The notes: a model not told the origin generated them from the sequence alone. A stretch of 64,000 nucleotides of DNA from Alphaproteobacteria bacterium (GCA_965243135.1 OZ251539.1:1024001-1088000); one strand, 5' to 3'; shown: positions 1 to 10,816, counted from the first letter of the stretch. Made by a program: numbers and translations.

Positions 1-1016
1 GCAATGCGGTTGTTGGACAGCATCGTATGGTAATTGTGGACGACCGCCCGCGGCGCGGCCGAGGTGCCGGAGGTGAAGCACAGGATCGCGGGATCGGCCG
101 CGACCGGCGGGTCGGCGACCGCCGATGCGGATCCGCCGTCGATCAGCGCCTGCAAGGAGACGGCGCCCGGCGGCGGCGCGCCGGTCGCGACGACGACGTG
201 TTCGAGCGTTTCCACGCGCTCGCGAAGCGACGTCATCGTCGCGGGCGCGTCATAGGATTCCGTGGCGCCGCCGCACAGAACCGCGCGCGCGTTCGCGTGG
301 CGCAGGAGCGGTTCCATTTCTCCCGCCCGGTACGGCATGTGCATGGTCGAAACCACGGCGCCGATCATCGTGGCGGCGAAATAGAAAAGCGCGAATTCCG
401 GCGTGTTCGGAAGCTGGACCGCGACGACGTCGCCCTTTCGTATGCCGAGGTCGAGAAGCGCGTTCGCAAGACGGCGGGAGCGGTCGATGACGTCCGACCA
501 GGAGAGGCTTCGGTCCGCGTGACGGAGCGCTTCGGCGTCGGGCGTCTCCTCCGCGCGCGCCTCCAGCCAGGAACTGACGGTGTCGGCCGTCCAGCTTCCG
601 TCGCGCAGGTAACGCGCCGACAGCTTCGGATCGAAAGACAGCGCGTTCCGCAGCGCCATCGCTTCGTCGCTGAAGGCGAAGCGTTCCTCGTGCGGGACGA
701 AGCGCTCGGCGCGGAAACGGCGTCCGCCGCCGAGTTCGTACAAGCGGTGATAATGATGCCGCCGGTACCGGCGGTGTTCGGTCATGACGCGGATGAAGGT
801 GACCTGATCGCGCGTCAGGCCGAGCTTGCGGGCGATTTCCGGATCCGACAGTCCGGTTCCTTCGCGCTGCCGCTCGATCTCGTCCCAGTCCAGTTCCCGA
901 ACCGGATCGCCGCGCCGAACCTGGTAGTTGTGGCTGAGTTCGAAGACGATGTCGCCCCACGCGCGGAGCATCGCTTCCGTCACGCCGGTCTGACGCCGGT
1001 CGAGGCCTCTGGTCAT
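1..1016 (-). CDS. AMP-dependent acyl-CoA synthetase/ligase with ~120-aa N-terminal extension (3' end outside window)
   Basis: Absent from the ORF track because it has no stop in the window. Manual translation from ATG 1016 gives MTRGLDRRQ...LANALLDLGIRKGDVVAVQLPNTPEF...LCFTSGTSAAPRAVVH (AMP-binding loop). ATGA overlap with the upstream gene's stop. Confidence 0.85.
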   Translation of the reverse strand, partial: MTRGLDRRQTGVTEAMLRAWGDIVFELSHNYQVRRGDPVRELDWDEIERQREGTGLSDPEIARKLGLTRDQVTFIRVMTEHRRYRRHHYHRLYELGGGRRFRAERFVPHEERFAFSDEAMALRNALSFDPKLSARYLRDGSWTADTVSSWLEARAEETPDAEALRHADRSLSWSDVIDRSRRLANALLDLGIRKGDVVAVQLPNTPEFALFYFAATMIGAVVSTMHMPYRAGEMEPLLRHANARAVLCGGATESYDAPATMTSLRERVETLEHVVVATGAPPPGAVSLQALIDGGSASAVADPPVAADPAILCFTSGTSAAPRAVVHNYHTMLSNNRI

Positions 1017-1906
1017 TCCTGGGTTCGCGCCTCGCGCCGCCGTATGGGATCGGCCAGCGGCGCCCTGGTCGCGATCGGGCAGACGCGCATGCATTCGAAG
1101 CACTGGGCCAGCAGCCCGCCGGAGCCGACCGACATCTTGTACCAGAGGATCTTGTTGTCGGGGCCGTACATCAGGTCTTCCCGTTCCGCTTCGTCGTCGG
1201 CGCGGAGCATCTCGGAAAAGACGTCCGGCACGGCCTCGTATTGCTGGGTCATGTCGGCGCAGGCGGCCATGTCGTATCGCATTTCGCGTTGCCGGCCCTC
1301 TTCGTCGATGTCGCCGGACAGGCACTGGACCGGGCAGAACTTCATGCACGGGGTCTGGCCGACCTTGCGGAACAGCTCCACGCAGGAAGGCGCGGGGCAG
1401 GGATTCTCCTCCATCGGCCGGTCCGGCGGAAGCTCGAGTTCCGTGAAGACCGAGGCGAAGTACATGTAGCCGAACTCCGGATGCAGGAGGATGTCGCCGG
1501 CCAGCGACCGGGCGCCGATGCCGGCGACCTCGGCGTGCAGCTTGAGGCTCTGGAACGGCGTGCGGGGACCGGCCTCCGGGTCCATGTCGGGCGGACAGTA
1601 GATGGCGCGCTTTCCGTAGGCGTTCTCGATGAAGAACGCGCAGCCATAGGCCACCGTGTAGGCGCGGGTTTCCGTCGACCCGAAATACCCCAGCGCCTTC
1701 GCCGGAACGCTCCACGCGCCCTGGGTCTGCCCGCCGACGCCGAGCGCGATGATCGACCGCGCTCGCGGCCACAGGTCGCTGGGCCGGTGGCCTTCCGGCG
1801 CAATGCGTTCGACGACGTCGATATCCGCGACTCCAGCGGCCAGCGCTCCCTTTCGCAGGCAATAGGCGAGAATTTCTTCCTTAGCCCGTTCCGACACCAC
1901 CGTCAT
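1013..1906 (-). CDS. QueG/reductive-dehalogenase-like 4Fe-4S protein (probably cobalamin-binding)
   Basis: SLKLHAEVAGIG..ILLHPEFG..FASVFTELELPPD segment; Cys motifs CPAPSC..CMKFCP and CFECMRVCP; start placed at MTVVSERAKEE. Confidence 0.7.
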   Translation of the reverse strand: MTVVSERAKEEILAYCLRKGALAAGVADIDVVERIAPEGHRPSDLWPRARSIIALGVGGQTQGAWSVPAKALGYFGSTETRAYTVAYGCAFFIENAYGKRAIYCPPDMDPEAGPRTPFQSLKLHAEVAGIGARSLAGDILLHPEFGYMYFASVFTELELPPDRPMEENPCPAPSCVELFRKVGQTPCMKFCPVQCLSGDIDEEGRQREMRYDMAACADMTQQYEAVPDVFSEMLRADDEAEREDLMYGPDNKILWYKMSVGSGGLLAQCFECMRVCPIATRAPLADPIRRREARTQE

Positions 1907-2109
1907 GGTCCGCCATCCTTTCCATGCGTCCGCCGCTTTCTGTGTAACGCAAGCGCGCCGAACGGGCAATTTTCGGTTGCGGGCGGCGTTCGCCCGAAAG
2001 CCGCGGTCGCGGCAAGTTCGGAAGACCGCTTCGGCGGGGAAGGCCGCATGTTCGCTCCCGGCCGCTTCGGTCGCTCCGAACGACCGGCGCGGCGTCGGCC
2101 TTCGATCTC

Positions 2110-2300
2110 GAACGCGCCGGGCGCCAAGCCGGCGATTACGGTCGCGTCGTCCGCATCGACCTGAAAAAGCGGGACAGGCGAATCTTCGCGCCGACCCCGT
2201 GGGGGCAGTTCCTTATCGTGGCTGCAACCACCGCTCCGCCACGGGACCGCGGTCGCGTCGCTTGCCGCACGGAGAGACGCTACGTTCGCTGCATGAAACG
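2110..2300 (+). pseudogene. Short transposase-like remnant
   Basis: Fragment AGRQAGDYGRVVRIDLKKRDRRIFAPTPWG resembles, from memory, the C-terminal part of IS1182/IS5-type transposases; no intact ORF. Confidence 0.3.
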
Positions 2301-2575
2301 CCTGCGGCTCTGCCTGACCGCGGAGACGGCGCTCGGCCGCTCGCGGCGCGAGGCGGTCGCCTTGGCGAGCTGCGCAACGAGGCGTTTGCGCTGCGCCGTT
2401 TTTCGTCGGCTGCCCGTCCGTCCTGGGGCAGTTGGCAGCGTGAATTTCCGCGCCGCTTGCAGCGCCGAAGCCGGGGGAAAGCCGGGCAACTTCCGCGCTC
2501 CGGAACTCAAGAGCGCAGCGAGCGGCAGCCGCGAGAGGGCTGGCCGGCGAACCCCGGCGCCGAAGCGGGGCGCCG

Positions 2576-3037
2576 CTATTCCACCGTCTCGGCCGTGGTC
2601 TCGGCCGGCGGCTCCTTCCGGTGTTCGACAAAAGTCTCGAGCAGGTCGAACTTGCCCTCGACGCGCGCCACGCGCTCGCTCAACTCCCGGAATTGCTCGT
2701 TCATCTGCCGGAATTGCTCGTTCATCTGATCGGTCAATTGCCGGAACCGTTTGTTGGTCTCTTCGTTCTGTTGCCGGAACCGTTCGTTCATCTGATCGGT
2801 CAGCTGCCGGAACCGTTCGTTGGTCTGATCGGTCAGCTGCCGGTATTGCTCGTTGATCTGCCCGAACAGGTCGTCCGTCCGCCGGTCCCGTTCGTCCATG
2901 CGCAGGGCGAGGCCGTCGATCCGGCGGTCCAGCCGGCGGCCCTGCTGAAGAACCAGCCTGATAACGGCAATGCCGCCGCCAAGCATGGTAGCGCCGACGC
3001 CAAGAATGGCAATGAGTTCGGAAGAGAACTGTTCCAT
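2576..3037 (-). CDS. Small membrane-anchored coiled-coil repeat protein
   Basis: N-terminal hydrophobic helix LIAILGVGATMLGGGIAVIRLV, then Q(M/T)NERFRQLTD repeats, ending ERVARVEGKFDLL. Confidence 0.75.
   Translation of the reverse strand: MEQFSSELIAILGVGATMLGGGIAVIRLVLQQGRRLDRRIDGLALRMDERDRRTDDLFGQINEQYRQLTDQTNERFRQLTDQMNERFRQQNEETNKRFRQLTDQMNEQFRQMNEQFRELSERVARVEGKFDLLETFVEHRKEPPAETTAETVE
2688..2868 (-). repeat. In-frame 33-bp/21-bp imperfect tandem repeats (11/7-aa coiled-coil units)
   Basis: Recurring (+ strand) CCGGAACCGTTCGTTCATCTGATCGGTCAGCTG-like units. Confidence 0.85.
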
Positions 3038-3937
3038 AAGGTACCCCTGCGAATTCGGTAGGACGAACGTATGCGAAACGTTCGCGCCGTGCAACATTCC
3101 TGTCGGCTGCGGTCCGGCCGCCGGCGCGAATTTCCGCGCCGGCCCCGCGCGAGAATCCCGCAGCCCGACAAACCGCTCCGTGGGCTCGGCTGAACTCGCC
3201 TTCGCGCCAAGCGCTTCGCCGCGCTCGACGCCAGCGCATGTTCGGCCAGAGCCGCCCGCGTCGCAGGACACCACGTTCAGGCAACGACCGCAGCGGCAAG
3301 AAGTCCGCTCCGGCGGTTCGCTACTTTCGAGCCGGCGGGCAGGACCCTCGAACGGGCTCGGCGCGGCCCTGCCCAAGTGACCCTCCCTCGAGCTCCCGTC
3401 ACGCTCCGGCCAGAACCTCGCTTTCGCCGCCGCGCCGACAATGTCGGAACGTGCGCGGCGTTTCTCGCCGTCCGGCGCAAAGGTTGCGAGAACGACAGGT
3501 TTCACCGCGCTCGCTCCGTTGCGCCCGTCGACCGTCAGTCGCCCTGCGAACTCCGCCCTGCCGCACGGCCGTCCCCAAAGCCCGCGCCTTTCGGCGCACG
3601 AGTTCGTCCCTTCAAATATGCCTGTTTTTCAAGATGTTACGAACAACGCGAGATTTTCGCGATAGACCGCGGCGATCGTTCGCCCGCCCTTTTCTCCCGC
3701 TGCGGCCGGGCCGTCCGGATCGAGCCGAGGGGCGCCGAGCGGAGGGCAGCAGACAAAGGTTGCGGCAGCGCAAACGCCTCTCTTGAAACTCAAGTTGCAA
3801 CTGTATACGGTCTACGGACTGTCGTTATGGGGTTTTGTTTCGCAGTCTTTTGCGTAGTTTTAACTTCGTTACGGATAATGCGAATCGGGACCTCCATCCA
3901 TTGGGGTGAGTTTTCTGGACCAAACCAAGAGGTTGTC

Positions 3938-6900
3938 ATGATGAGACTTTGTCGCACACAGTTGATCGGTAGTTCTCCCCCCCCCCCCCCCATAATCTGA
4001 AGCGAGGCTTCATCGCGCTGGGCGGGGCCGCGGCTTTTCTGCTGGCTTTTCCGGCCCCGTCCTTTGCGCAGGACTGCGGCAGCGCCGTTCGAGGCAGCTA
4101 CAATAGCGAAACCGGAGTTTTCTCCGCCGGAACGTCCGCTACGGACGTCGACTACAGGGTGCCTTGCACGGAGGACGACGGAGACTCCGTGATCACGCTG
4201 CCGACGGGTCTTTCGCTGCCGAACGCCGTTTCCGACTCGTACGTGGTGATCGAGGTCGCCGGGTCGGGAAGCGTTCGCAATTTTCAGCCCGGCGCCTGGA
4301 AATACGTCGTGAAGACTCCCGACGACTTCCGGACGGAAAACACGAACGACGCCCTCGGGCACGGCCTGTACTTCCGTAGCGGGAGCGGCGACGTGCGCGT
4401 CGAGCTGCGCGGCGCGGCGACCACCCGCGGAGCGGGCGCGACCGGCATGCGGGTGCGGGTCGACGGCAGCGGCAAGGCGACAGCGGTCAACATGGGAACG
4501 ATCGCCACCCATGGCGACACGCACACTTCCAGCGCGGTCGGCACGTTCATCCTGCCGGCCTACGGCGTCTTCGCGCAAGCGGCGCAGGGCGACGCCGAAG
4601 CGGTGAACCGCGGCGAGATCTCGACGGGCGGCGACGGAGCGAGAGGCATCTTCGCAACGGCCCGCGGGTCGGCGGTGGCGACCAATCACGGGAGGATCAC
4701 GGTTTCCGGTTCTCCGCATGTCTCCGGCTCGGAATACCGGTCTCCGCACGGCATTTTCGCTTGGGGCGGGACGGCGGAGGCCGCCAATTTCGGGACGGTC
4801 GAAACGCGGGGCGACCGGGGACGCGGCGTCTACGCGCGCGGGAGCGTCGCGACGGCGACCAATCGCGGCACGATCGTCACCCGCGGCAATCGCGCGGGCG
4901 TGGAAGGAAATTTCCTCTCGGCAATGGGAGTGGCCGCCCAATCGGGCGGCGACGCGACGGCCGTGAATGCCGAGGGCGCCGCGGTGGACACCTACGGCAC
5001 GAATGCCGACGCCCTGTTCGTCCGGTCGGGTACCGGAGACGCGAACGCCGTGAACGCGGGCGCGCTGCGCACGCACAATACGGTATCGGATCCCGCCAAC
5101 AGGCTCGCGCTCGCCGCCGAAGGCATCTACGCGCGTTCGGACAGCGGCAACGTCACGGTCGTGAACGAGGCGACGGGGTCCGTGCGGACGGCGGGCCCGC
5201 GGACATGGGGCATCCACGCGAGAACGTCCGGCGACGGCGCGGACGCTTCCGCAACGGTGACGGTGACGAACCGGGGCAGCGTGGAGACCCGGGGATGGAA
5301 CTCGGACGGCGTCGTGGCGGCAGCGTATCACGGAGGCAGCGAAGCCAACCCCAACGCCGTCAGGACGATCAACGCCGGAGCCGTCAGGACGCAGGGCGAC
5401 ATGGCCAGCGGCATTATCGCCGCCGTGGACGTCCGCGACCGCGGAACTTCTTTCGGCTCCGCGCGGGCGGAGAACGCCGGCACGATCTCGACCTCCGGCG
5501 GGCCCGGCGACGGAACGAACCCGACGGAAACCGCGTCCGGGGTGGTCGCCGCCTTTTTCAGCACGTCGGACGACGCGATCTCCGACGCCGGAGACGCGAC
5601 CGCGGTCAACAGCGGCACGGTGACCGTCGCCGGCGCGGGCGCGGCCGGACTCGTCGCCCGGACCTACGGGACCGGCGCGGCGACGGTGGAAAATTCCGAG
5701 GGCGGCACGGTGGACACTCGCGGCAAGAATGCCGACGCCATGTACGCCCGGTCGGACGCCGGAGCCGTGAACGCCGTGAACGCGGGCGCGCTTCGCACCC
5801 ACAACACGGTATCGGATCCCGCCAACAGGCTCGCGGACGCTTCCGAAGGCATCTACGCGCGTTCCGAACGCGGCAGCGTCACGGTCGTGAACGAGGCGAC
5901 GGGATCCGTGCGGACGGCGGGCCCGAGAACATGGGGCATCCATGCGAGAACGAACGGCGACGGCGCGGACGCTTCCGCAACGGTGACGGTCACGAACCGG
6001 GGCAGCGTGGAGACCCAAGGGTCGAACGCGGACGGCGTCGTGGCGGCAGCGTATCACGGCGGCAGCGAAGCCAACCCCAACGCCGTCACGACGACCAGTG
6101 CCGGACTCGTCAGGACGCAGGGCGACATGGCCAGCGGCATCATCGCCGCGGTGGACGTCCGCGACCGCGGAACCTCCTTCGGCTCCGCGCGGGCGGAGAA
6201 CGCCGGCACGATCTCGACGTCCGGCGGACCCGGCGACGGAACGGATCCGACGCAGACCGCGTCCGGAGTGGTCGCCGCCTTTTTCAGCACGTCGGACGAC
6301 GCGATCTCCGACGCCGGAGACGCGACCGCGGTCAACAGCGGCACGGTGACCGTCGCCGGCGCGGGCGCGGCCGGACTCGTCGCCCGGACCTACGGGTCCG
6401 GCGCGGCGACGGTGGAAATGAACGGCGGCGCCGTCGTCGCCTCTTCCGCGGACGACCCCGCGACGACGGCCGACGAGGGCGGCATCGGCATATGGGCCGC
6501 CACGGGCGCGTCCGGCAGGGCTTCGGTGACGGTCGGAAACGCGGCTGTCGTCCGGGCGCCGGTTGCGGCGCGGCTCGAAGGCGGCTCCACGAGGCTCGAC
6601 CTTTCTTCCGGCTGGCTCGTCGGCGACGTGCGCTTCGGGAGCGGCGACAACACCCTGAACGTCAGGCAATCAGGCGTCATCGTCGGCGACGTGGCGTTCG
6701 GGGACGGAGAGGACGCGTTGATACTCGACATCTCCTCGGCTGAGGGGATCGGCAGCGTTGCAGGATCGGTCACCGGACTTGAGAACATGATCAAGCGTGG
6801 TTCCGGCGTCGCGCGCGTGCGCGACGTGACTTTCTCCGGCTCCCGGCTTGCGGTCGAGGACGGCATGTTGTCGGTTCGCGGCCATCTCGACCTGGGCGGC

Positions 6901-8283
6901 GACGGCGCCGTCACGATCGAAAACGCCGGCAGGCTGCAGGTGGAGGTCGGCGACCTTGCCGGCAATCCCCAAGACCACGGACGGATCACGGCTGGAAACG
7001 GGGTCCACTTCGAGGAGGGCGCCGAACGGACTGTCCGGGTGGCGCATGCTCCGGATCGCTCCGCCGCGCAGAGGACCGCTTCCGAACAAGTCCTCCAGAC
7101 CGCCGGGATCGCAATCCTCGTCGACGGAACCCCTGCCGTCGATGGACGGAATGAACAGTCGATTGGGGATCTGACCTTGACGACAGAAACGCCCGAAGGG
7201 ACGGTGAACACGGTCGGCAACGTCTCTGTAGACGGTGTAGCCCAGATCAACCCGGGCGCGGAGTTGCCGACCGCCCGGAAGGAGGCCTCTCCACCCGGTG
7301 AACAGAAACCGGAAGCGGACGCGCCTGAGGCTGCCGTGCCCGCCGTGAAGCGCAAAGACCGCAGGGATCGCCGTTTCCTGATCGGGGGAGGAGGGCTGTT
7401 CGCCCTGCTGATGTTCGCTTTCGACCCGTTCCACATGGTGGAGGCGGGCGGTTCGAGCGCCGCGGTCCAGCCGGCGGACGGCCGCGAGGGCGTCGAGGCG
7501 CGCGCGTTCACCGCGGACGCACGGGTGGCGGGGGGAACGATGCGCGGCGTGACGCTGGGCGTCGCTTCGCGGCTCGGCGGCGGTCTCCATCTCGGAGTGT
7601 CGGCGACGCCCGCCCTTGCGGCGACGGCCGATTCCGGGGAGGCGCTGGAAGGGGGCCGGTTCGGGCTTCAGGGCCGCTGGCGGTCGGGCATCCTGGATAT
7701 GGGGGCCAGCCTGTCTCACGGAACCTACGACGCCCGGTCGAAGTCCGCCAACCTCGAAGGGCTGGACAACCCGGAAGGCGTGTACGGACTGCGCCACGGC
7801 CATGCGCAGATGCGCCTGGGCGCCCGCGTCGCCGCCGCCGGAATCGACGTCGCCCCCTCGCTGTCGCTGTTCGGCGGCCGCCTGGAGCAGACGGCGCACA
7901 CGGCGCGGTCCGCGGCTCTGCGCGCCGAAGTGCCGGCGCTGACCCGGCGCTACGGCGGCTGGAAGGCGCGGCTCGACCTCGGGCCGCAGGACTGGCTGCA
8001 GGCCGGCCCTGTCCGGTGGCGCCCGCGGCTGGGCCTCGCCGCGGCGCGGATCTCCACCGACGCTCCGGACGGGCTCCGGGTGCGCCAGTCCGACGCCGCC
8101 GGCGCGTTGAGCTTCACGACGCCGGCGCAGGCGGAAGCGCTGCCGCGGAGGATGCACGCGCTCGCCCTGTCGGCGTTCGCCCGCGGCGAAACCTGGAAAC
8201 TGGATGGCGGCTACGTGGCGGCGATGGTGGCGGACGGCGAGCCGGTCCATGCAGTTGCGGCGCGGCTGCGCATCGACTTCTGA
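3938..8283 (+). CDS. Autotransporter-like adhesin, frameshifted at the C15 tract (in-frame part 3991-8283)
   Basis: Signal-like KRGFIALGGAAAFLLAFPAPSFA|QD lies in frame upstream of GTG 4159; G/A/T/N-rich xNxGxIxTxG beta-helix passenger; C-terminal amphipathic beta strands ending RLRIDF. Confidence 0.8.
3977..3991 (+). repeat. C15 homopolymer, putative slipped-strand phase-variation tract
   Basis: 15 consecutive C starting 13 codons after ATG 3938 (AAGAGG RBS at 3927-3932); C13 or C16 would join this ATG in frame to the adhesin ORF. Confidence 0.8.
4984..6417 (+). repeat. Tandem duplication with 726-bp (242-aa) period inside the passenger domain
   Basis: 4984-5691 is repeated at 5710-6417 with a constant 726-bp offset (e.g. 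HNTVSDPANRLA and GVVAAFFSTSDDAISDAGDATAVN occur twice). Confidence 0.95.
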
Positions 8284-8289
8284 CCGTCT

Positions 8290-8325
8290 CCGCCCGCCTC
8301 CTTTCCCCCGCAGGGAGGCGGGCGG
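8290..8325 (+). terminator. GC-rich stem-loop after the adhesin
   Basis: CCGCCCGCCTCC (8290-8301) pairs perfectly with GGAGGCGGGCGG (8314-8325); no U-tract follows. Confidence 0.5.
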
Positions 8326-9283
8326 CGCGCCGAAAAAGCTGAAGGCGGTCGCCCCAAGCCTCCCGGATTCGCCCTCCTGCTCCGGCATGACGATGTCTCA
8401 AGGCGTACGGAATCTTGGGAACCGGAACGATAATATTGCCGCGAACCATGGCCTGGACGATTTGCGCCCCTGCAACGGGTCACGCGTTCTGCGGAGCGAC
8501 GCCTCGGTTTTCGCGTCGCGGATCGACCTGCAGGTTGCTGACGGCGCGAACGGCCCGGCTGGCTGCCGGGTTTTGCGCAAGGTAGGCGCGATCCGGGAGC
8601 CTTTCGTCGGAGGCGGCGCGGACGCAACGCCTTGGGACGGCGGTCGCGCAGCGGCTTCGCGGAAGCCGGTCGTTGCGCCGACGGCATCAAATTTTCCCGT
8701 TCTTCCTCGGTCGTTGCGCTCGTACCACGCTCGTAGCATCATGGCGGACGGGCGAACGGGAGAAAACCGGGGAATGGCTTGGGAGAACGGCGGGACTTGA
8801 CGCGGGCAGGAATTTCGTGCGAAATGCCAAGGTCATTTCAAGTTTAAAGAGAAACATGCCGAAATTGGTAGTGGAATACCTGTTTGCGTCGAGACGTTGC
8901 GAAGCGGTCAGATGGTACGGATGGTAAGGTCATTATGGGGAGTTCACGGTGTCTAGGGGTTCACCGGCTGCGAAGTTTGCCAAGCAGATCCGAAAGGCCG
9001 TGGCCATCCTCTGCCCAATGATGATCGGTCGTGACTGGCTGGCAGCGCTGATCGTACAATCCCAGAAACCCACCAGCTGAAGGTGGCGCCCGTGGCACGA
9101 TTTTGGAAGATGTTCTCCGACCCGAACTGGAAGAAGAGCTGATGTGGAGTGCAGAAGCGAGGGCATCGACGCGAAGCGTGACGTCCGCGTTTCGCGGTTC
9201 GGAACGGGATAACGCGATGCCGCCAGCCAAAAAGCACCAGAAATGAATACTTTCCTTCCGATTTGATTATGGGATGATGATTT

Positions 9284-10765
9284 ATGGGCCAGAATTTTCC
9301 CCCTGATTTATCTTCGCAATTTAATGATCCTTTAATCACGTTTTCCGACGCCAAATCATTGGAACAAAAGACTCTTGCGATTAAAGGGTTAATGAAAGGA
9401 GGAGCGATTCATGCTGCGCATAAGGATTTGCGTTTTTCGAAAGGATTGAACGAAACAATCAATCGTTTAAATTCCACAAAAGACGCTAAGGAAATACTAT
9501 TGTCTCTTGCTATATTGTCTCGTGTTGCGAATCGAATCAAACCCTATAAGGAGGGGTTAAAACCGCAAATCAATGCTATTTTGCGAAATGCACCGCCACC
9601 TTTATCGATCCTAGATGAAGCGGAGGACAGAGCATATGTCGCACAATCTTTAAGATATTGGGCAACAGGCGATTGGATAGTTTCTTATGTAGCGCTCTGT
9701 ATAGTAAATGAGGAGACAGGTGAAAAAGTAAGATCCGAACTTATTCGTACTTTATTTTGCGAATCTCAGGATCTTACGATTGCATTTAAGGAAATTCAAC
9801 GACAGCTCGTATCTTGGGAACCGAAAACTGAATCACCGGGGGACAGCGTTGCGAGACGACTAAAGCGGATTTTCAGTAGTATGCGCCGGGAAATATTAAG
9901 TATTGAAAAGCCTTCTGGTAGTGAAATTGGTACGGCTATTAACAGCATAATTGTTGATTCTTTTCGCAAAACCGATCCTCCTAGGGATCGAAAGGTTGCG
10001 ATTGATTTTGTGGCAGAAACAGCTTTTCTCATTCATGATGTTATTCGAACTAATTTTTCCATAGCATCAATTAGCTCCACATATTTGCCATTAACGACAC
10101 TATCTCGTTGGTTTGCGCCGATCTCGTGGCCTCAAGCTACCCGCTCAGCTCTTCAGAAGTTATCGCAAGATATACAAGAAGCTATTTTGATGAAAGCTAG
10201 GCAAGGTCTTCCGGACGACGAATTGCTAAAATTTTTAACTTTGATTGAAGGATCACGGACGGTGGCTCTGCGGCTCACCTCTCAAATTGCTGATCGCACA
10301 CCCAGTCTCAATAAAGAAATGACGCAGTGGTTACGTCGCGGAAGAGTTACAAAGAATGTTGATAGCACAGAAATAGTGGCGGAAAACAGTTTCCTTGCAT
10401 CCGACACTGCTTTAGCGTTCTTATTGTTGGATAGTTTTCGGTTGGTTGAATTACTTGAGGCCGATAGCCAAGATATACTCACCGAAATGCGTATTTTCAA
10501 TCCTGAGCTAGAAGAGATGGTCAAAAAGATACTTGAGCTTTCTGGTGCGCTTACGAAAGGGGTCGAAGCATTAGCGAAAAGAAGATCCTTATTTTGTCGA
10601 GGAGAAATTGGCAATATAGTAGATTATTCGTCGTTGGAGCAAGAGCCTGTCTCTGGTTCCGTTGTGGGCGCTACCAAGGTGCGTGTTATACGACCGCTTG
10701 TCGAACGTATCCGGAGCGATCAAGTTCCCGAAATTGTGGTCAAAGCAATAGTCAATCGTGCTTGA
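9284..10765 (+). CDS. Hypothetical all-alpha protein with GrpE-like C-terminal domain
   Basis: 493-aa AT-rich ORF; C-terminus GEIGNIVDYSSLEQEPVSGSVVGATKVRVIRPLVER..EIVVKAIV resembles the GrpE beta-domain pattern and follows long helices. Confidence 0.6.
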   Translation: MGQNFPPDLSSQFNDPLITFSDAKSLEQKTLAIKGLMKGGAIHAAHKDLRFSKGLNETINRLNSTKDAKEILLSLAILSRVANRIKPYKEGLKPQINAILRNAPPPLSILDEAEDRAYVAQSLRYWATGDWIVSYVALCIVNEETGEKVRSELIRTLFCESQDLTIAFKEIQRQLVSWEPKTESPGDSVARRLKRIFSSMRREILSIEKPSGSEIGTAINSIIVDSFRKTDPPRDRKVAIDFVAETAFLIHDVIRTNFSIASISSTYLPLTTLSRWFAPISWPQATRSALQKLSQDIQEAILMKARQGLPDDELLKFLTLIEGSRTVALRLTSQIADRTPSLNKEMTQWLRRGRVTKNVDSTEIVAENSFLASDTALAFLLLDSFRLVELLEADSQDILTEMRIFNPELEEMVKKILELSGALTKGVEALAKRRSLFCRGEIGNIVDYSSLEQEPVSGSVVGATKVRVIRPLVERIRSDQVPEIVVKAIVNRA

Positions 10766-10816
10766 CGAGTTGGAATCCCCCTTGAATCAGCAAATTAGCT
10801 TGCAAAGGAAGAGAGC

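Noticed and set aside
27-1469. Long ORFs such as 27-1469, 3790-6669, 14801-16678, 28292-31726 and 41606-43885
   Set aside because: Arg/Gly-rich antisense or alternate-frame shadows of real genes, as expected in high-GC DNA.
2688-2868. Possible CRISPR array
   Set aside because: Repeats are contiguous, in frame and coding, with no unique spacers and no cas genes.
8400-9280. att site, integrase or third gene for the AT-rich island
   Set aside because: No tRNA, direct repeat or credible ORF could be seen.
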